A stretch of DNA of 47,211 nt from Bacteroidia bacterium (GTDB taxonomy: Bacteria; Bacteroidota; Bacteroidia; B-17B0; Aurantibacillaceae). Under the pieces are notes generated by a model. It saw nothing but the letters and a program-made list of their open reading frames with translations, did no database searches and was not told where the DNA came from. The stretch spans positions 1 to 47,211 of the forward strand of contig JBIISW010000001.1 of the NCBI GenBank assembly GCA_044340865.1, in the 5' to 3' direction. Position numbers and translations under genes: made by a program. Each line of letters starts with the position of its first letter. Within the stretch, counting starts at the first letter, position 1. Positions 9,448 through 18,267 of the stretch are shown here, one piece after another.

Positions 9448-10320
9448 CTAAATAGCTTTCAAACTCAAATCCATGCTTTTGACATGGTGTGTAAGCGCAC
9501 CAACAGAAATAAAATGGACTCCACATTTGGCATAGCTAACAATGTTTTTTTCGGTAATACCACCAGAACTTTCTACTTCATAAGCATTATTAATGAGAGC
9601 GACCGCTTTTTTAGTATTTGCAATGGTATAATTATCAAGCATAATTCTTTGAAAACCACCATTTTTAAGAACTAGTTTTACATCATGTAATGTTCTAGTC
9701 TCAACTTCAATTGGTAATTTCTTTTTTGTTTTTTTTAGGTAATTGTGCGTTGCATGAAGCGCTTCAATGATTCCACCTGCAAAATCGATGTGATTATCTT
9801 TAATCATAATCATATCGTACAAACCAAATCGATGATTGGCTCCACCACCAATTACGACAGCCCATTTTTCAAAAAATCGAAAATTAGGAGTGGTTTTTCT
9901 AGTGTCAATTACTTTGGCTTTCGTTCCTTTACATAAGCTTTGCAAGTAATTAGTTTTGGTTGCAATGGCGCTCATTCGTTGCATAATATTTAACACTAAA
10001 CGTTCGGCCGTTAATAGTTTTTGAGTATTTCCTTCTATATAAAAAGCAATATCACCAACCTTTACCGAACTTCCGTCTTTTATTAATTCTGTAAATTTAA
10101 ACTTAGGATCAATGATTTTGAAAATCTGTTTAGCAGCCTCAATACCGGCTAATATGCCATTTTCTTTGACTAACAATTTACACTTGCCTTTTTGAGTATT
10201 TGGAATAGTAGCTAAAGCCGAATGATCGCCATCACCAACATCTTCCTGCAAAGCATTTTTTACAAATTGCACTAAACTAAAATGTTTTTTGTGTTGCTGA
10301 AAGTAATTACTCATTTTCAA
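9448..10320 (-). CDS. nadC: Nicotinate-nucleotide pyrophosphorylase (carboxylating), quinolinate phosphoribosyltransferase
   Basis: ALQEDVGDGDHSALATIP, TRKTTPNFR, GGGANHRFGLYDMIMIKDNHI and VEVET are all typical NadC blocks. Confidence 0.9.
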   Translation of the reverse strand: MKMSNYFQQHKKHFSLVQFVKNALQEDVGDGDHSALATIPNTQKGKCKLLVKENGILAGIEAAKQIFKIIDPKFKFTELIKDGSSVKVGDIAFYIEGNTQKLLTAERLVLNIMQRMSAIATKTNYLQSLCKGTKAKVIDTRKTTPNFRFFEKWAVVIGGGANHRFGLYDMIMIKDNHIDFAGGIIEALHATHNYLKKTKKKLPIEVETRTLHDVKLVLKNGGFQRIMLDNYTIANTKKAVALINNAYEVESSGGITEKNIVSYAKCGVHFISVGALTHHVKSMDLSLKAI

Positions 10321-10675
10321 TTCTAAAACCCGAAATTAAATTGCTTCTGATTAATATAGATACACGGTATTTACCAGTATTCGTATCCATCGTTCCTGTA
10401 ATAAATTGTTGGTCACCATTCACAATGCTGGTATGAGCAGTCGTGTAATTCTTTACTTTATTTTTTGAGAAAAAATCTGCAATAATGGCTTGTGCTTGAG
10501 ATTTACTCATTAAATCTTCTTGCGCCAAAACTTTAATTGATAATTTATCAGAAAATAATTTAACTAACTCAACCGCATTTCCTTTTTTTAATGCTAAAGA
10601 AACATCGTCATTTAAATCTTCTACTCCAAAAGAATATGAAAGCAGACTCATGCATATAATTATTATAAACTTCAT
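10307..10675 (-). CDS. DUF4783 domain protein (secreted)
   Basis: Signal peptide. The pattern ALKKGNAVELVKLFSDKLSI...SKSQAQAIIADFF...GKYRVSILIR matches my recollection of DUF4783. The gene overlaps the nadC start by 14 nt. Confidence 0.6.
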   Translation of the reverse strand: MKFIIIICMSLLSYSFGVEDLNDDVSLALKKGNAVELVKLFSDKLSIKVLAQEDLMSKSQAQAIIADFFSKNKVKNYTTAHTSIVNGDQQFITGTMDTNTGKYRVSILIRSNLISGFRIENE

Positions 10676-10739
10676 TACTTTGTAAATTTAAATATTTAAA
10701 TACAATTACTGTGCCTAAAACTTCCTAAATTCGTTAAAA

Positions 10740-11213
10740 ATGAAAATCATATTAGTTCAAATAGAAAAAACCAACGATGTATACCTTAACGAAGGCATAA
10801 AAATTTATACAGATCGGTTGAAAAATTACGTTTCCTTCCAAACAGAAACCATAGTCATGAATAAATTGGTTCGACAAAAGCCATTTGAAGAGCAAAAAAA
10901 GGCAGAAGCTATTGAAATTGAAAAATTACTGTTACCCTCAGATTATTTAGTGTGTTTAGACGAACATGGTAAGCAACTAAAATCAACGTTATTTGCTGAC
11001 TTTTTAAATAAAAGAATGGTTTCTGGATGCAAACGATTGGTCTTTTTAATTGGAGGGCCATTCGGCATTGATCAATCTATTTTAAAAAATAGTTCTTATA
11101 TCATGTCATTATCTGATATGACATTTTCTCACCAAATGATTCGTTTGTTCTTTTGCGAACAATTATATAGAGGTTTTTCAATTTTAAAAAATGAAAAATA
11201 CCATCATGAATAA
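10740..11213 (+). CDS. rlmH: 23S rRNA (pseudouridine1915-N3)-methyltransferase RlmH
   Basis: 157 aa with a SPOUT-type C-terminus: LVFLIGGPFGIDQSIL...LSLSDMTFSHQMIRLFFCEQLYRGFSILKNEKYHH. Confidence 0.9.
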   Translation: MKIILVQIEKTNDVYLNEGIKIYTDRLKNYVSFQTETIVMNKLVRQKPFEEQKKAEAIEIEKLLLPSDYLVCLDEHGKQLKSTLFADFLNKRMVSGCKRLVFLIGGPFGIDQSILKNSSYIMSLSDMTFSHQMIRLFFCEQLYRGFSILKNEKYHHE

Positions 11214-11214
11214 T

Positions 11215-11628
11215 TTAAACTTTTAACTCTTTTTTTATTCCAATCATGGCTAAAAAAATCCAACCAGTTATAAAAAATAAACCTCCTATTGGAGTTATTG
11301 GCCCCAGAAATGAAAGCCAATCAGCATGAAATAAGTTTCGAGTACACAACAGATACAATGAACCGGAAAATAAAATGATGCCAATTAAAAAACAATTAAA
11401 GGCCCACTTCAAATAATTACTTTGAATCTGTTTAGCTAATAAAAAAACGATTAACATAGCTAATGTATGATATATGTGATATTTAACACCTGTGTCGAAG
11501 CCATTCACTTGATCAATTGTGATTAAACCAGTTTCTATCTTACTTTTTAAATAATGTGCTCCTAAGGCTCCTAATGCTACAGCTATTGAACCTAAAATAC
11601 CAATGATGGTTAGTTTATTGTTTTTCAT
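11215..11628 (-). CDS. DUF423 (YgdD-like) membrane protein
   Basis: Four TM helices with the LGALGAHYLK motif typical of DUF423. Confidence 0.8.
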   Translation of the reverse strand: MKNNKLTIIGILGSIAVALGALGAHYLKSKIETGLITIDQVNGFDTGVKYHIYHTLAMLIVFLLAKQIQSNYLKWAFNCFLIGIILFSGSLYLLCTRNLFHADWLSFLGPITPIGGLFFITGWIFLAMIGIKKELKV

Positions 11629-11634
11629 ATAATA

Positions 11635-12726
11635 TTATTTTTTACTGTCGAGGAATTTCGAAAACTCATCGCGCGTTTCTTGAAACTGAAATTCGTTTAT
11701 TAATTTTAAGGTATTTTCTTTATCTACTAAAGCATAATAGGCCGATTTCAAGACGTCTATTTTTTCTCTATCATGACTAAACAGTGTCATGATTTTTTGA
11801 GCTTGTGAAGTACTGACGCAATTAATATACAATTGTTTTTTAGCGGCATCCGTCCTTTCATTTTCGTATTTCTTCCCTTTAATAAAATTCATAACATCAT
11901 TAAATTTTTGATCTGAAATCGCTATTCGACATGCCATACTTTTTTGTTTAAGTATATCTGTTTGATCTTGTAAGAACTGAGAAAAGGCGTCTTTCATTGA
12001 CTCGTATTTTAAAACTTGTAACAGCAACTGTATATTTTCCTTATCTATAACATGAGGATAGCCCTTTTTAACGCCATTTAAAATGTCTAGTTCTAATTTG
12101 AGAACTGAAACTAACTGATTTAATTGTTTAGCAGAATAACAGTTGTTTTCTAAAATTGAATTTAGGTATAGCAATACCAATTGATCATCCTTGCATTTAC
12201 TCAATAAATTTAAAGCATAACTGATTTCAATATCTGTCAAAACAGCATCACATGTTTCTGTTTGAAAATTATAATTATTAAAAAAAATAGGTTTATTGTT
12301 TATTGCTTGATACAATTTACCATAGATACTATTATCAACTAAAGGAATTTCTTTTTTGGGCTCTTCAGGAACATTAGGCGTAGCTGGAGCTGACGGTAAT
12401 TCAATAGAATTAAACGTTAATTTATCTGCCGATTCAGATAAAACATACGTAAATTCTTTATTGGTGTATTTATCTGCAATAAAAAAAGAATCTACTAGAA
12501 TAATTTCTTTATTATCTAACGAGGTTGCAATTTTTATTTTTTGCCAACCTAACCCTAAATTAAACGCTTTCGCGTTTGTTTCAGGAACACTATTAATCTG
12601 TTTGTTGTTTACTTTTAAAGAAAAAACGTGTCCCACATTACTAAATACAATCAATGAATTAGACTGGCTTCTTCCATATAGTGAAATCAACACAGTGAAA
12701 ATAATTGCTAAATTTTTAATAAACAT
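11635..12726 (-). CDS. Secreted DUF4476-like repeat protein
   Basis: Signal peptide. Two copies of a Cys-initiated ~95-aa module (C..VLTD..ISYALNLL...NCYSAKQLNQLVSVL... and CRIAISDQKFNDVMNFI...NCVSTSQAQKIMTLFSHDREKIDVLKSAY) resemble DUF4476. Confidence 0.55.
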   Translation of the reverse strand: MFIKNLAIIFTVLISLYGRSQSNSLIVFSNVGHVFSLKVNNKQINSVPETNAKAFNLGLGWQKIKIATSLDNKEIILVDSFFIADKYTNKEFTYVLSESADKLTFNSIELPSAPATPNVPEEPKKEIPLVDNSIYGKLYQAINNKPIFFNNYNFQTETCDAVLTDIEISYALNLLSKCKDDQLVLLYLNSILENNCYSAKQLNQLVSVLKLELDILNGVKKGYPHVIDKENIQLLLQVLKYESMKDAFSQFLQDQTDILKQKSMACRIAISDQKFNDVMNFIKGKKYENERTDAAKKQLYINCVSTSQAQKIMTLFSHDREKIDVLKSAYYALVDKENTLKLINEFQFQETRDEFSKFLDSKK

Positions 12727-12825
12727 ATATTCTTTCTTTAAGTAACAAATTTAATTTATTTTTGTGGTAATAACACGATTCGTAAAAGTTTAAAGAAATT
12801 TTAGGAATTCCAATTTAACTAACAC

Positions 12826-14154
12826 ATGAGCAACATTTTAATTATCGGAGCTGGCCGCTCATCATCAAGTTTAATTACCTATTTTTTATCAAATGCTAAA
12901 CAATACAATTGGCACATCACCATTGCTGATGCAAATAAAAAAGCAGTAGATTCAAAAATAAGTGCTTATTCGGATGTTGCAACTGCCGTAGAATTTGATG
13001 TATTGAATGTATCGCTGCGCGAAAAACTCATTTCGCAATCCGACTTTGTTATTTCCATGTTACCTGCTTTTATGCATGCTGATGTTGCCAAAGATTGCGT
13101 TAGACTTAGCAAACATCTTGCTACGGCAAGTTATGTAAGTGCCGAAATGAAAGAATTAGATTCAGAAGCCAAAGAAAAAAAAATATTATTACTGAATGAA
13201 TGTGGTTTAGATCCAGGTATTGATCATGCTTCCGCTATGCAGGTCATTCATAGAATTCAAGCTGAAGGTGGAATTATTACAAACTTCCAATCTTTTTGTG
13301 GAGGCTTAGTAGCTCCAGAAAGCAATGATAATCCGTGGGGTTATAAATTCAGTTGGAATCCACGCAATGTTATTTTAGCTGGGCAAGGAACGGCTCAATT
13401 TATTGAGGATGGTCATCTGAAATTCATTCCTTATAATCGTTTATTTACTCAAACTTGCGCCATTCACATTGATGGCTATGGTACATTTGATGGTTATGCA
13501 AATCGAGATAGTATAGGATACAAAGAGCCATATGGTTTATCAGATGTAAAAACGATGTTGCGAGGTACGCTCCGTCAAACAAATTATTGTAAAGCTTGGA
13601 ATGTTTTTGTGAAATTAGGATTAACTGATGATTCGTATAAAATTAAAAACTGTGATTCACTGAATTATACAAGCCTCATTCAATCCTTTTTACCCGCAGG
13701 TGATGGCAGTGTAAAAGAAAAATTAATTTCATTTATGGGCAGCGAGATTGATGCGACCATCATCAGTATGTTAGATTACTTAGAATTATTTGTTAATAAA
13801 CCCATTACATTAAATGAAGCATCTCCAGCCGAATTATTACAACATTTATTGGAAGAAAAATGGGTGTTAAAACCAGGCGATAAAGACATGATTGTGATGC
13901 AACATCTGTTTGAATACGAGCTTAATGGTGAGCACAAAAAACTAACTTCGTCATTGGTTGTTATTGGGGAGGATGAAATACATACAGCCATGGCAAAAAC
14001 GGTAGGTTTGCCTTTAGCTATTTCAATCAAAAACTTTTTAATTGGAAAATTTAAATTGTATGGCATTCAAATCCCTATTGTAAAGGAGATTTACGAACCC
14101 TTACTTACAGAACTAGAAACGTTAGATATTAAATTTATTGAAAAAGAAATGTAA
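12826..14154 (+). CDS. Saccharopine dehydrogenase family protein
   Basis: Rossmann start ILIIGAGRSSSS, then LNECGLDPGIDH and WGYKFSWNPRNV, conserved blocks of saccharopine dehydrogenase (NADP+, L-glutamate-forming)-like enzymes. Confidence 0.85.
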   Translation: MSNILIIGAGRSSSSLITYFLSNAKQYNWHITIADANKKAVDSKISAYSDVATAVEFDVLNVSLREKLISQSDFVISMLPAFMHADVAKDCVRLSKHLATASYVSAEMKELDSEAKEKKILLLNECGLDPGIDHASAMQVIHRIQAEGGIITNFQSFCGGLVAPESNDNPWGYKFSWNPRNVILAGQGTAQFIEDGHLKFIPYNRLFTQTCAIHIDGYGTFDGYANRDSIGYKEPYGLSDVKTMLRGTLRQTNYCKAWNVFVKLGLTDDSYKIKNCDSLNYTSLIQSFLPAGDGSVKEKLISFMGSEIDATIISMLDYLELFVNKPITLNEASPAELLQHLLEEKWVLKPGDKDMIVMQHLFEYELNGEHKKLTSSLVVIGEDEIHTAMAKTVGLPLAISIKNFLIGKFKLYGIQIPIVKEIYEPLLTELETLDIKFIEKEM

Positions 14155-14161
14155 TAGAAAA

Positions 14162-14578
14162 TTACCTTCTGTTGAACGATAAATAATCTTGCAGAATAAT
14201 CGTTGCACTAATCATATCAACGGTGTCTTTGTTAGCTCTATCTTTTCTTTTCAAACCGCCCATTAACATAGCCTGATGTGCCAAAACAGAAGTGAAACGC
14301 TCGTCGTAACGTGCAATTTTTATAGTTGGAAATTTACGAGTAAGGTGAGTTACAAAAGGTTCAATAAAACGGGCACTATCAGAAGCTTCATTTTGTAAAG
14401 TTTTAGGCTCACCAACAACGATGCACTCCACCTGCTCTTTTGCTAAGTAAGCTTCTAAATAGGCAATCAAATCTTTACTATGCACTGTAGTTAAACCAGT
14501 TGCTATAATTTGCAAGGTATCTGTTACCGCAATACCAACACGCTTGCTACCGTAATCTATTGCTAAAATTCTTCCCAT
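14162..14578 (-). CDS. ruvX: Holliday junction resolvase-like nuclease RuvX (YqgF)
   Basis: MGRILAIDYGSKRVGIAVTD...DERFTS...DTVDMISATIILQDYL. Length is 138 aa. Confidence 0.9.
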   Translation of the reverse strand: MGRILAIDYGSKRVGIAVTDTLQIIATGLTTVHSKDLIAYLEAYLAKEQVECIVVGEPKTLQNEASDSARFIEPFVTHLTRKFPTIKIARYDERFTSVLAHQAMLMGGLKRKDRANKDTVDMISATIILQDYLSFNRR

Positions 14579-14673
14579 ATATAAAGTAAAGGTAATTAGA
14601 TTTATAAATAAATGAAATTATAAAACGAATGTTATATTTTGTACTTTTAAAATGAAAATATAAAATTTAGAAA

Positions 14674-14997
14674 ATGACTGCATTATTTTTAGAAACATCA
14701 ACTAGTTCGACAAAAGAAGATGTGTTTATTTTCCTAGGATTTTTTCTTTTTCTAATAGGAGTTGTTCAAATAATTGGGGCAATCGTTCGTACGATAAGTG
14801 CTATAATTTATAAAAAGAACTTGAAGTTACTTTTAATTTATTGGTTACAGGTAGCAATTTTTATCTTTGTATTTTATGGATTTGTCAAATTAAACCATGA
14901 TATTTTTATTTGGATTCCATTTGCTATACTTATTGCTATTTGGTATTGGGTTAAAATTGTTTTCACCAAACAAACAAAAGACTTTTTTGTGCCTTAA
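14674..14997 (+). CDS. Small hypothetical membrane protein (3 predicted TM helices)
   Basis: Only ORF in the interval. It has hydrophobic segments and no recognised motif. Confidence 0.45.
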   Translation: MTALFLETSTSSTKEDVFIFLGFFLFLIGVVQIIGAIVRTISAIIYKKNLKLLLIYWLQVAIFIFVFYGFVKLNHDIFIWIPFAILIAIWYWVKIVFTKQTKDFFVP

Positions 14998-15065
14998 GTT
15001 CATTATTTGAAAATAATCCTTGTAAGATTTCATTATCAAAATTTTAATATTAAAATAAAATGTAA

Positions 15066-15428
15066 ATGCCACACTTTATCGATTCACTTTCCTTTGCCTT
15101 AAATGGTTTAAAATTAGTATTAAAAGAGAAACACTTTAAAATTCATCTGATATCAGCATTGCTTGTATTATCTGCAGGCTTTTACTTTCATATCAGTACA
15201 AATGAATGGTTCGTTGTATTAATTTGCATAAGCATTGTTTTATCACTTGAAATAATCAATTCAGCAATCGAGTATTTTGTAGATTTAGTAGAACCAAATC
15301 AAAACCCTAAAGCTGGGGCAATTAAGGATTTATCAGCTGGTGCAGTGCTTATCGTTTCAATCATTTCAGTCATAATTGCTATTATGATATTCGGTAAATA
15401 TATTTTAGATTTACTTACAACTGTTTAA
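15066..15428 (+). CDS. Diacylglycerol/undecaprenol kinase family protein (DgkA-like)
   Basis: 120 aa, 3 TM helices, with the conserved LSLEIINSAIEYFVDLV and IKDLSAGAVL blocks of prokaryotic DAGK. Confidence 0.85.
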   Translation: MPHFIDSLSFALNGLKLVLKEKHFKIHLISALLVLSAGFYFHISTNEWFVVLICISIVLSLEIINSAIEYFVDLVEPNQNPKAGAIKDLSAGAVLIVSIISVIIAIMIFGKYILDLLTTV

Positions 15429-15457
15429 ACAAGAAATTACGTATTAAACCCACTTAT

Positions 15458-16324
15458 ATGTTTCCAGAAACTGAGCTCATCCTTTCAAAAGAAAATAGAG
15501 TTTATCACATTAATTTAAAAGGAGAAGATATTGCTGATAACGTCATTGTTGTAGGTGATCAAAACCGTGTGGCAGAAATATCAAAATTATTTAGCAAAAT
15601 TGAATTCAAAACTCAACATCGAGAATTTGTAACACATACAGGAATATTCAACGGAAAGCGAATAACGGTTTTATCTACTGGTATCGGCACAGATAACATT
15701 GATATTGTAATGAATGAATTAGATGCTGCAGTCAATATTAATTTAGAAACCCGCGAATTAAACCCAACACACCGTTCATTAAATATTATCAGGCTTGGAA
15801 CTAGCGGGGCATTGCAAGCTGATATTCCTGTAAATGACATTGTAGTTTCATCTCACGGTTTAGGTTTAGATGGCCTATTAAACTTTTATGATAATTGGCA
15901 ATCTATTAATGAAAATGATATCAGTGAGGCTTTTATAAAGCAAACCAATTGGCTACCTAATTTACCGTATCCTTATTGTGTAAAGGCATCAGACTCATTA
16001 ATATCTAAATTTGGAGAAGGAACACATTTGGGGATTACAGCAACTGCACCAGGATTCTATGGTCCACAAGGTCGTCAATTACGATTAAAAGCGGCTATGC
16101 CAACTTTAAATGATTTTTTAACCGATTTTAAATTGGGAGAACATCGTATAACCAATTTCGAAATGGAAACATCGGCCTTATATGGTTTAGGAAAGTTATT
16201 AAACCACCAATGTTTAACAGCATGTGTCATTATCGCAAACCGCGTTCGTAAAGAGTTTACAAGCAATTACACGAAAAGTGTAGAGATATTAATAACAGAA
16301 AGTTTACAACGATTAACAACCTAA
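15458..16324 (+). CDS. Nucleoside phosphorylase (PNP/UDP family, uridine phosphorylase-like)
   Basis: VIVVGDQNRV, VLSTGIGTDNIDI, IIRLGTSGAL and NFEMETSALYGL are typical PNP_UDP_1 blocks. Confidence 0.8.
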   Translation: MFPETELILSKENRVYHINLKGEDIADNVIVVGDQNRVAEISKLFSKIEFKTQHREFVTHTGIFNGKRITVLSTGIGTDNIDIVMNELDAAVNINLETRELNPTHRSLNIIRLGTSGALQADIPVNDIVVSSHGLGLDGLLNFYDNWQSINENDISEAFIKQTNWLPNLPYPYCVKASDSLISKFGEGTHLGITATAPGFYGPQGRQLRLKAAMPTLNDFLTDFKLGEHRITNFEMETSALYGLGKLLNHQCLTACVIIANRVRKEFTSNYTKSVEILITESLQRLTT

Positions 16325-16356
16325 TTGTTCAAAAAATGAAAATATAAGTTAAAAAT

Positions 16357-16385
16357 GGCTCCTATTCGGGGCTATTTTTGTTTTG
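16357..16385 (+). terminator. Putative intrinsic terminator of the nucleoside phosphorylase gene
   Basis: GGCTCC (16357-16362), loop TATTC, GGGGCT (16368-16373): a 6-bp stem including two G-U pairs, followed by ATTTTTGTTTTG. It starts 33 nt after the stop. Confidence 0.4.
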
Positions 16386-16386
16386 T

Positions 16387-17277
16387 ATGAGGCCTAAAAA
16401 AAATGAAATGAATCTAAAGGAAGTAATAGCATTAATTACTTTACTTGATGACCCAGATGATGGAATTTATTCTGAAGTAAAAAACAGATTCATAATTCTT
16501 GGTCCACCAGCAATTCCTCACCTTGAAACTGCTTGGGAAAATAGCTTTGATGCGCTCATGCAAAAACGAATCGAGGGTATTATTCATACCATACAATTTA
16601 AAGCCCTACAAGACGCTCTTAAATATTGGGCAGAATATGAGCAAGAGGACTTATTTAAAGGATGTTCTATTATTGCTCGTTATCAATATCCTGATTTAGA
16701 TGAAACGAAATTAAAAAAGCAGTTACAACAAATCAAACAAGATGTATGGTTAGAATTGCACGATGATTTAACGGCTGTTGAAAAAGTTAAAATAATTAAC
16801 CATATTTTATTTGAAGTACATCAATTTGGAGGTAATATTTCAAATTACCATGCGCCTCAAAATTCATTTATTAATGTTGTATTAGAAACCAAAAAAGGAA
16901 ATCCAGTGATGCTAAGCGTTATTTACGCTTTAATTTGTAAAGAATTGGCTATTCCTATATACGGTATAAATCTACCTCAACACTTCGTTTTAGCTTATGT
17001 AAACGATTACGCAAACCTAATTGATCCATCAGACAGAACATTATCTGAGAATATATTGTTTTACGTTAACCCATTTAGTAAAGGTTTAATTTTTAATCAA
17101 GGAGATATAGAGGCATTTATCAAACAACTGAACCTTGAACCGGAAACTAAACATTTTCTACCATGTTCTAATTTAGATATTATTAAACGTGTATTAAATA
17201 ATTTAATTCATTCGTTTGATAAAATGGGTTATGCCGAAAAAGTAGCAGAGCTAAAGAAATTAGAAAATCAATTGTAG
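16387..17277 (+). CDS. Transglutaminase-like (SirB1/YchA-type, Transglut_core2) family protein
   Basis: NHILFEVHQFGGNISNYHAPQNSFINVVLETKKGNPVMLSVIYALICKELAIPIYGINLPQHFVLAY matches the Transglut_core2 pattern. The ORF track starts at TTG 16378, inside the terminator T-tract, so I prefer ATG 16387 (or ATG 16408). Confidence 0.75.
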   Translation: MRPKKNEMNLKEVIALITLLDDPDDGIYSEVKNRFIILGPPAIPHLETAWENSFDALMQKRIEGIIHTIQFKALQDALKYWAEYEQEDLFKGCSIIARYQYPDLDETKLKKQLQQIKQDVWLELHDDLTAVEKVKIINHILFEVHQFGGNISNYHAPQNSFINVVLETKKGNPVMLSVIYALICKELAIPIYGINLPQHFVLAYVNDYANLIDPSDRTLSENILFYVNPFSKGLIFNQGDIEAFIKQLNLEPETKHFLPCSNLDIIKRVLNNLIHSFDKMGYAEKVAELKKLENQL

Positions 17278-17342
17278 GAGATTCCTTAAAGATAAATCGC
17301 TGTCAATTAATTGCGTTAAACATTTATTTTAATTAAGTACAC

Positions 17343-18209
17343 ATGAATCCAAAAGGGAAATTAGTAATTATTGGGGGGGCTGTAGACAAAGGTAGTTTTA
17401 CTGAAAAAAACTTTGAAAAGCAGGTGGAAAAAAATTTAAATTTTTTTGAAACAGGAATTTTAAAGCGTTTAATTGTTGAGTCAAAACACAAAGAAAATTC
17501 TCGTATTGAAATTATTACCACCGCTTCCAAAATACCAAAAGAAGTTGGTCCAGAATACGCTCGTGCTTTCGAATTTTTGGGAGCAAAGAACGTAGATGTT
17601 TTGTATATCGAAAAAAGAGAACACGCTCTAGAGGAATCTGCTGTTGAACGCTTACGAAAAGCCGATGTGGTTATGTTTACAGGAGGCGATCAACTTCGTC
17701 TCACTTCCATTTTAGGTGGGACGCCCTTTCACGAATTATTGATTCAAAAATACCAAAATGAAGATTTTATTTTTGCTGGTACTTCAGCTGGTGCTGCAGC
17801 AGCATCAAACAATATGATTTACCAAGGTAGTAGTAGTGAAGCATTATTAAAAGGTGAAGTTAAAATTACCAGTGGTTTAGGGTTGATAGACGATGTAGTA
17901 ATAGATACACATTTCGTACACCGAGGGCGAATAGGACGTTTATTTCAAGCTGTAGTTGGTAATCCAAAAATACTTGGAATTGGATTGGGAGAAGATACGG
18001 GACTATTGATAACAGATAAAACAAATATGGAAGCTATTGGATCTGGCTTAGTTATATTAGTAGATGGAAGAAATATTAAAGATACAAACTTAACTTCTGT
18101 AGAAATGGGACAACCTATTTCTATCAAAAATTTAGTTGTACATGTTATGAGTATGGGAGACCATTATGATTTAGCAGCGCATGAAATGACTATCGACTTT
18201 CATGCTTAA
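17343..18209 (+). CDS. cphE: Cyanophycinase (peptidase S51)
   Basis: KLVIIGGAVDK, FTGGDQLRLTSILGGTPF, AGTSAGAAA (nucleophile Ser), IDTHFVHRGRIGRL and GIGLGEDTGLLI are the full set of cyanophycinase blocks. No signal peptide. Confidence 0.85.
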   Translation: MNPKGKLVIIGGAVDKGSFTEKNFEKQVEKNLNFFETGILKRLIVESKHKENSRIEIITTASKIPKEVGPEYARAFEFLGAKNVDVLYIEKREHALEESAVERLRKADVVMFTGGDQLRLTSILGGTPFHELLIQKYQNEDFIFAGTSAGAAAASNNMIYQGSSSEALLKGEVKITSGLGLIDDVVIDTHFVHRGRIGRLFQAVVGNPKILGIGLGEDTGLLITDKTNMEAIGSGLVILVDGRNIKDTNLTSVEMGQPISIKNLVVHVMSMGDHYDLAAHEMTIDFHA

Positions 18210-18210
18210 A

Positions 18211-18247
18211 AAAAAGTCCCTTGCCAAAACGACAAGGGACTTTTTTA
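18211..18247. terminator. Bidirectional intrinsic terminator between convergent cphE and queA
   Basis: A-tract, then stem AAGTCCCTTG (18214-18223), 9-nt loop, stem CAAGGGACTT (18233-18242), then a T-tract. The A-run and T-run flank it symmetrically, so it can act on both strands. Confidence 0.7.
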
Positions 18248-18267
18248 TTATCTATGTGATACTAATT

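Noticed and set aside
9445-9936. Plus-strand ORFs (76 and 63 aa) antisense to nadC
   Set aside because: The NadC motifs fix the coding strand, and no independent evidence supports these ORFs.
12356-12745. 129-aa plus-strand ORF antisense to the DUF4476-like gene
   Set aside because: It is fully contained in or overlaps the longer minus-strand ORF, which has a signal peptide and internal repeats.
12757-12764. TATTTTTG (-7-like motif) 62 nt upstream of the saccharopine dehydrogenase gene as a promoter
   Set aside because: No TTG lies at the expected -33 distance. Such octamers are frequent in AT-rich spacers. It is too weak to report as a feature.
14649-16347. Shared 15-mer AAAATGAAAATATAA upstream of two genes (14649-14663 and 16333-16347)
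   Set aside because: It is a low-complexity A/T word in an AT-rich genome, so chance recurrence is plausible. The flanks do not align.
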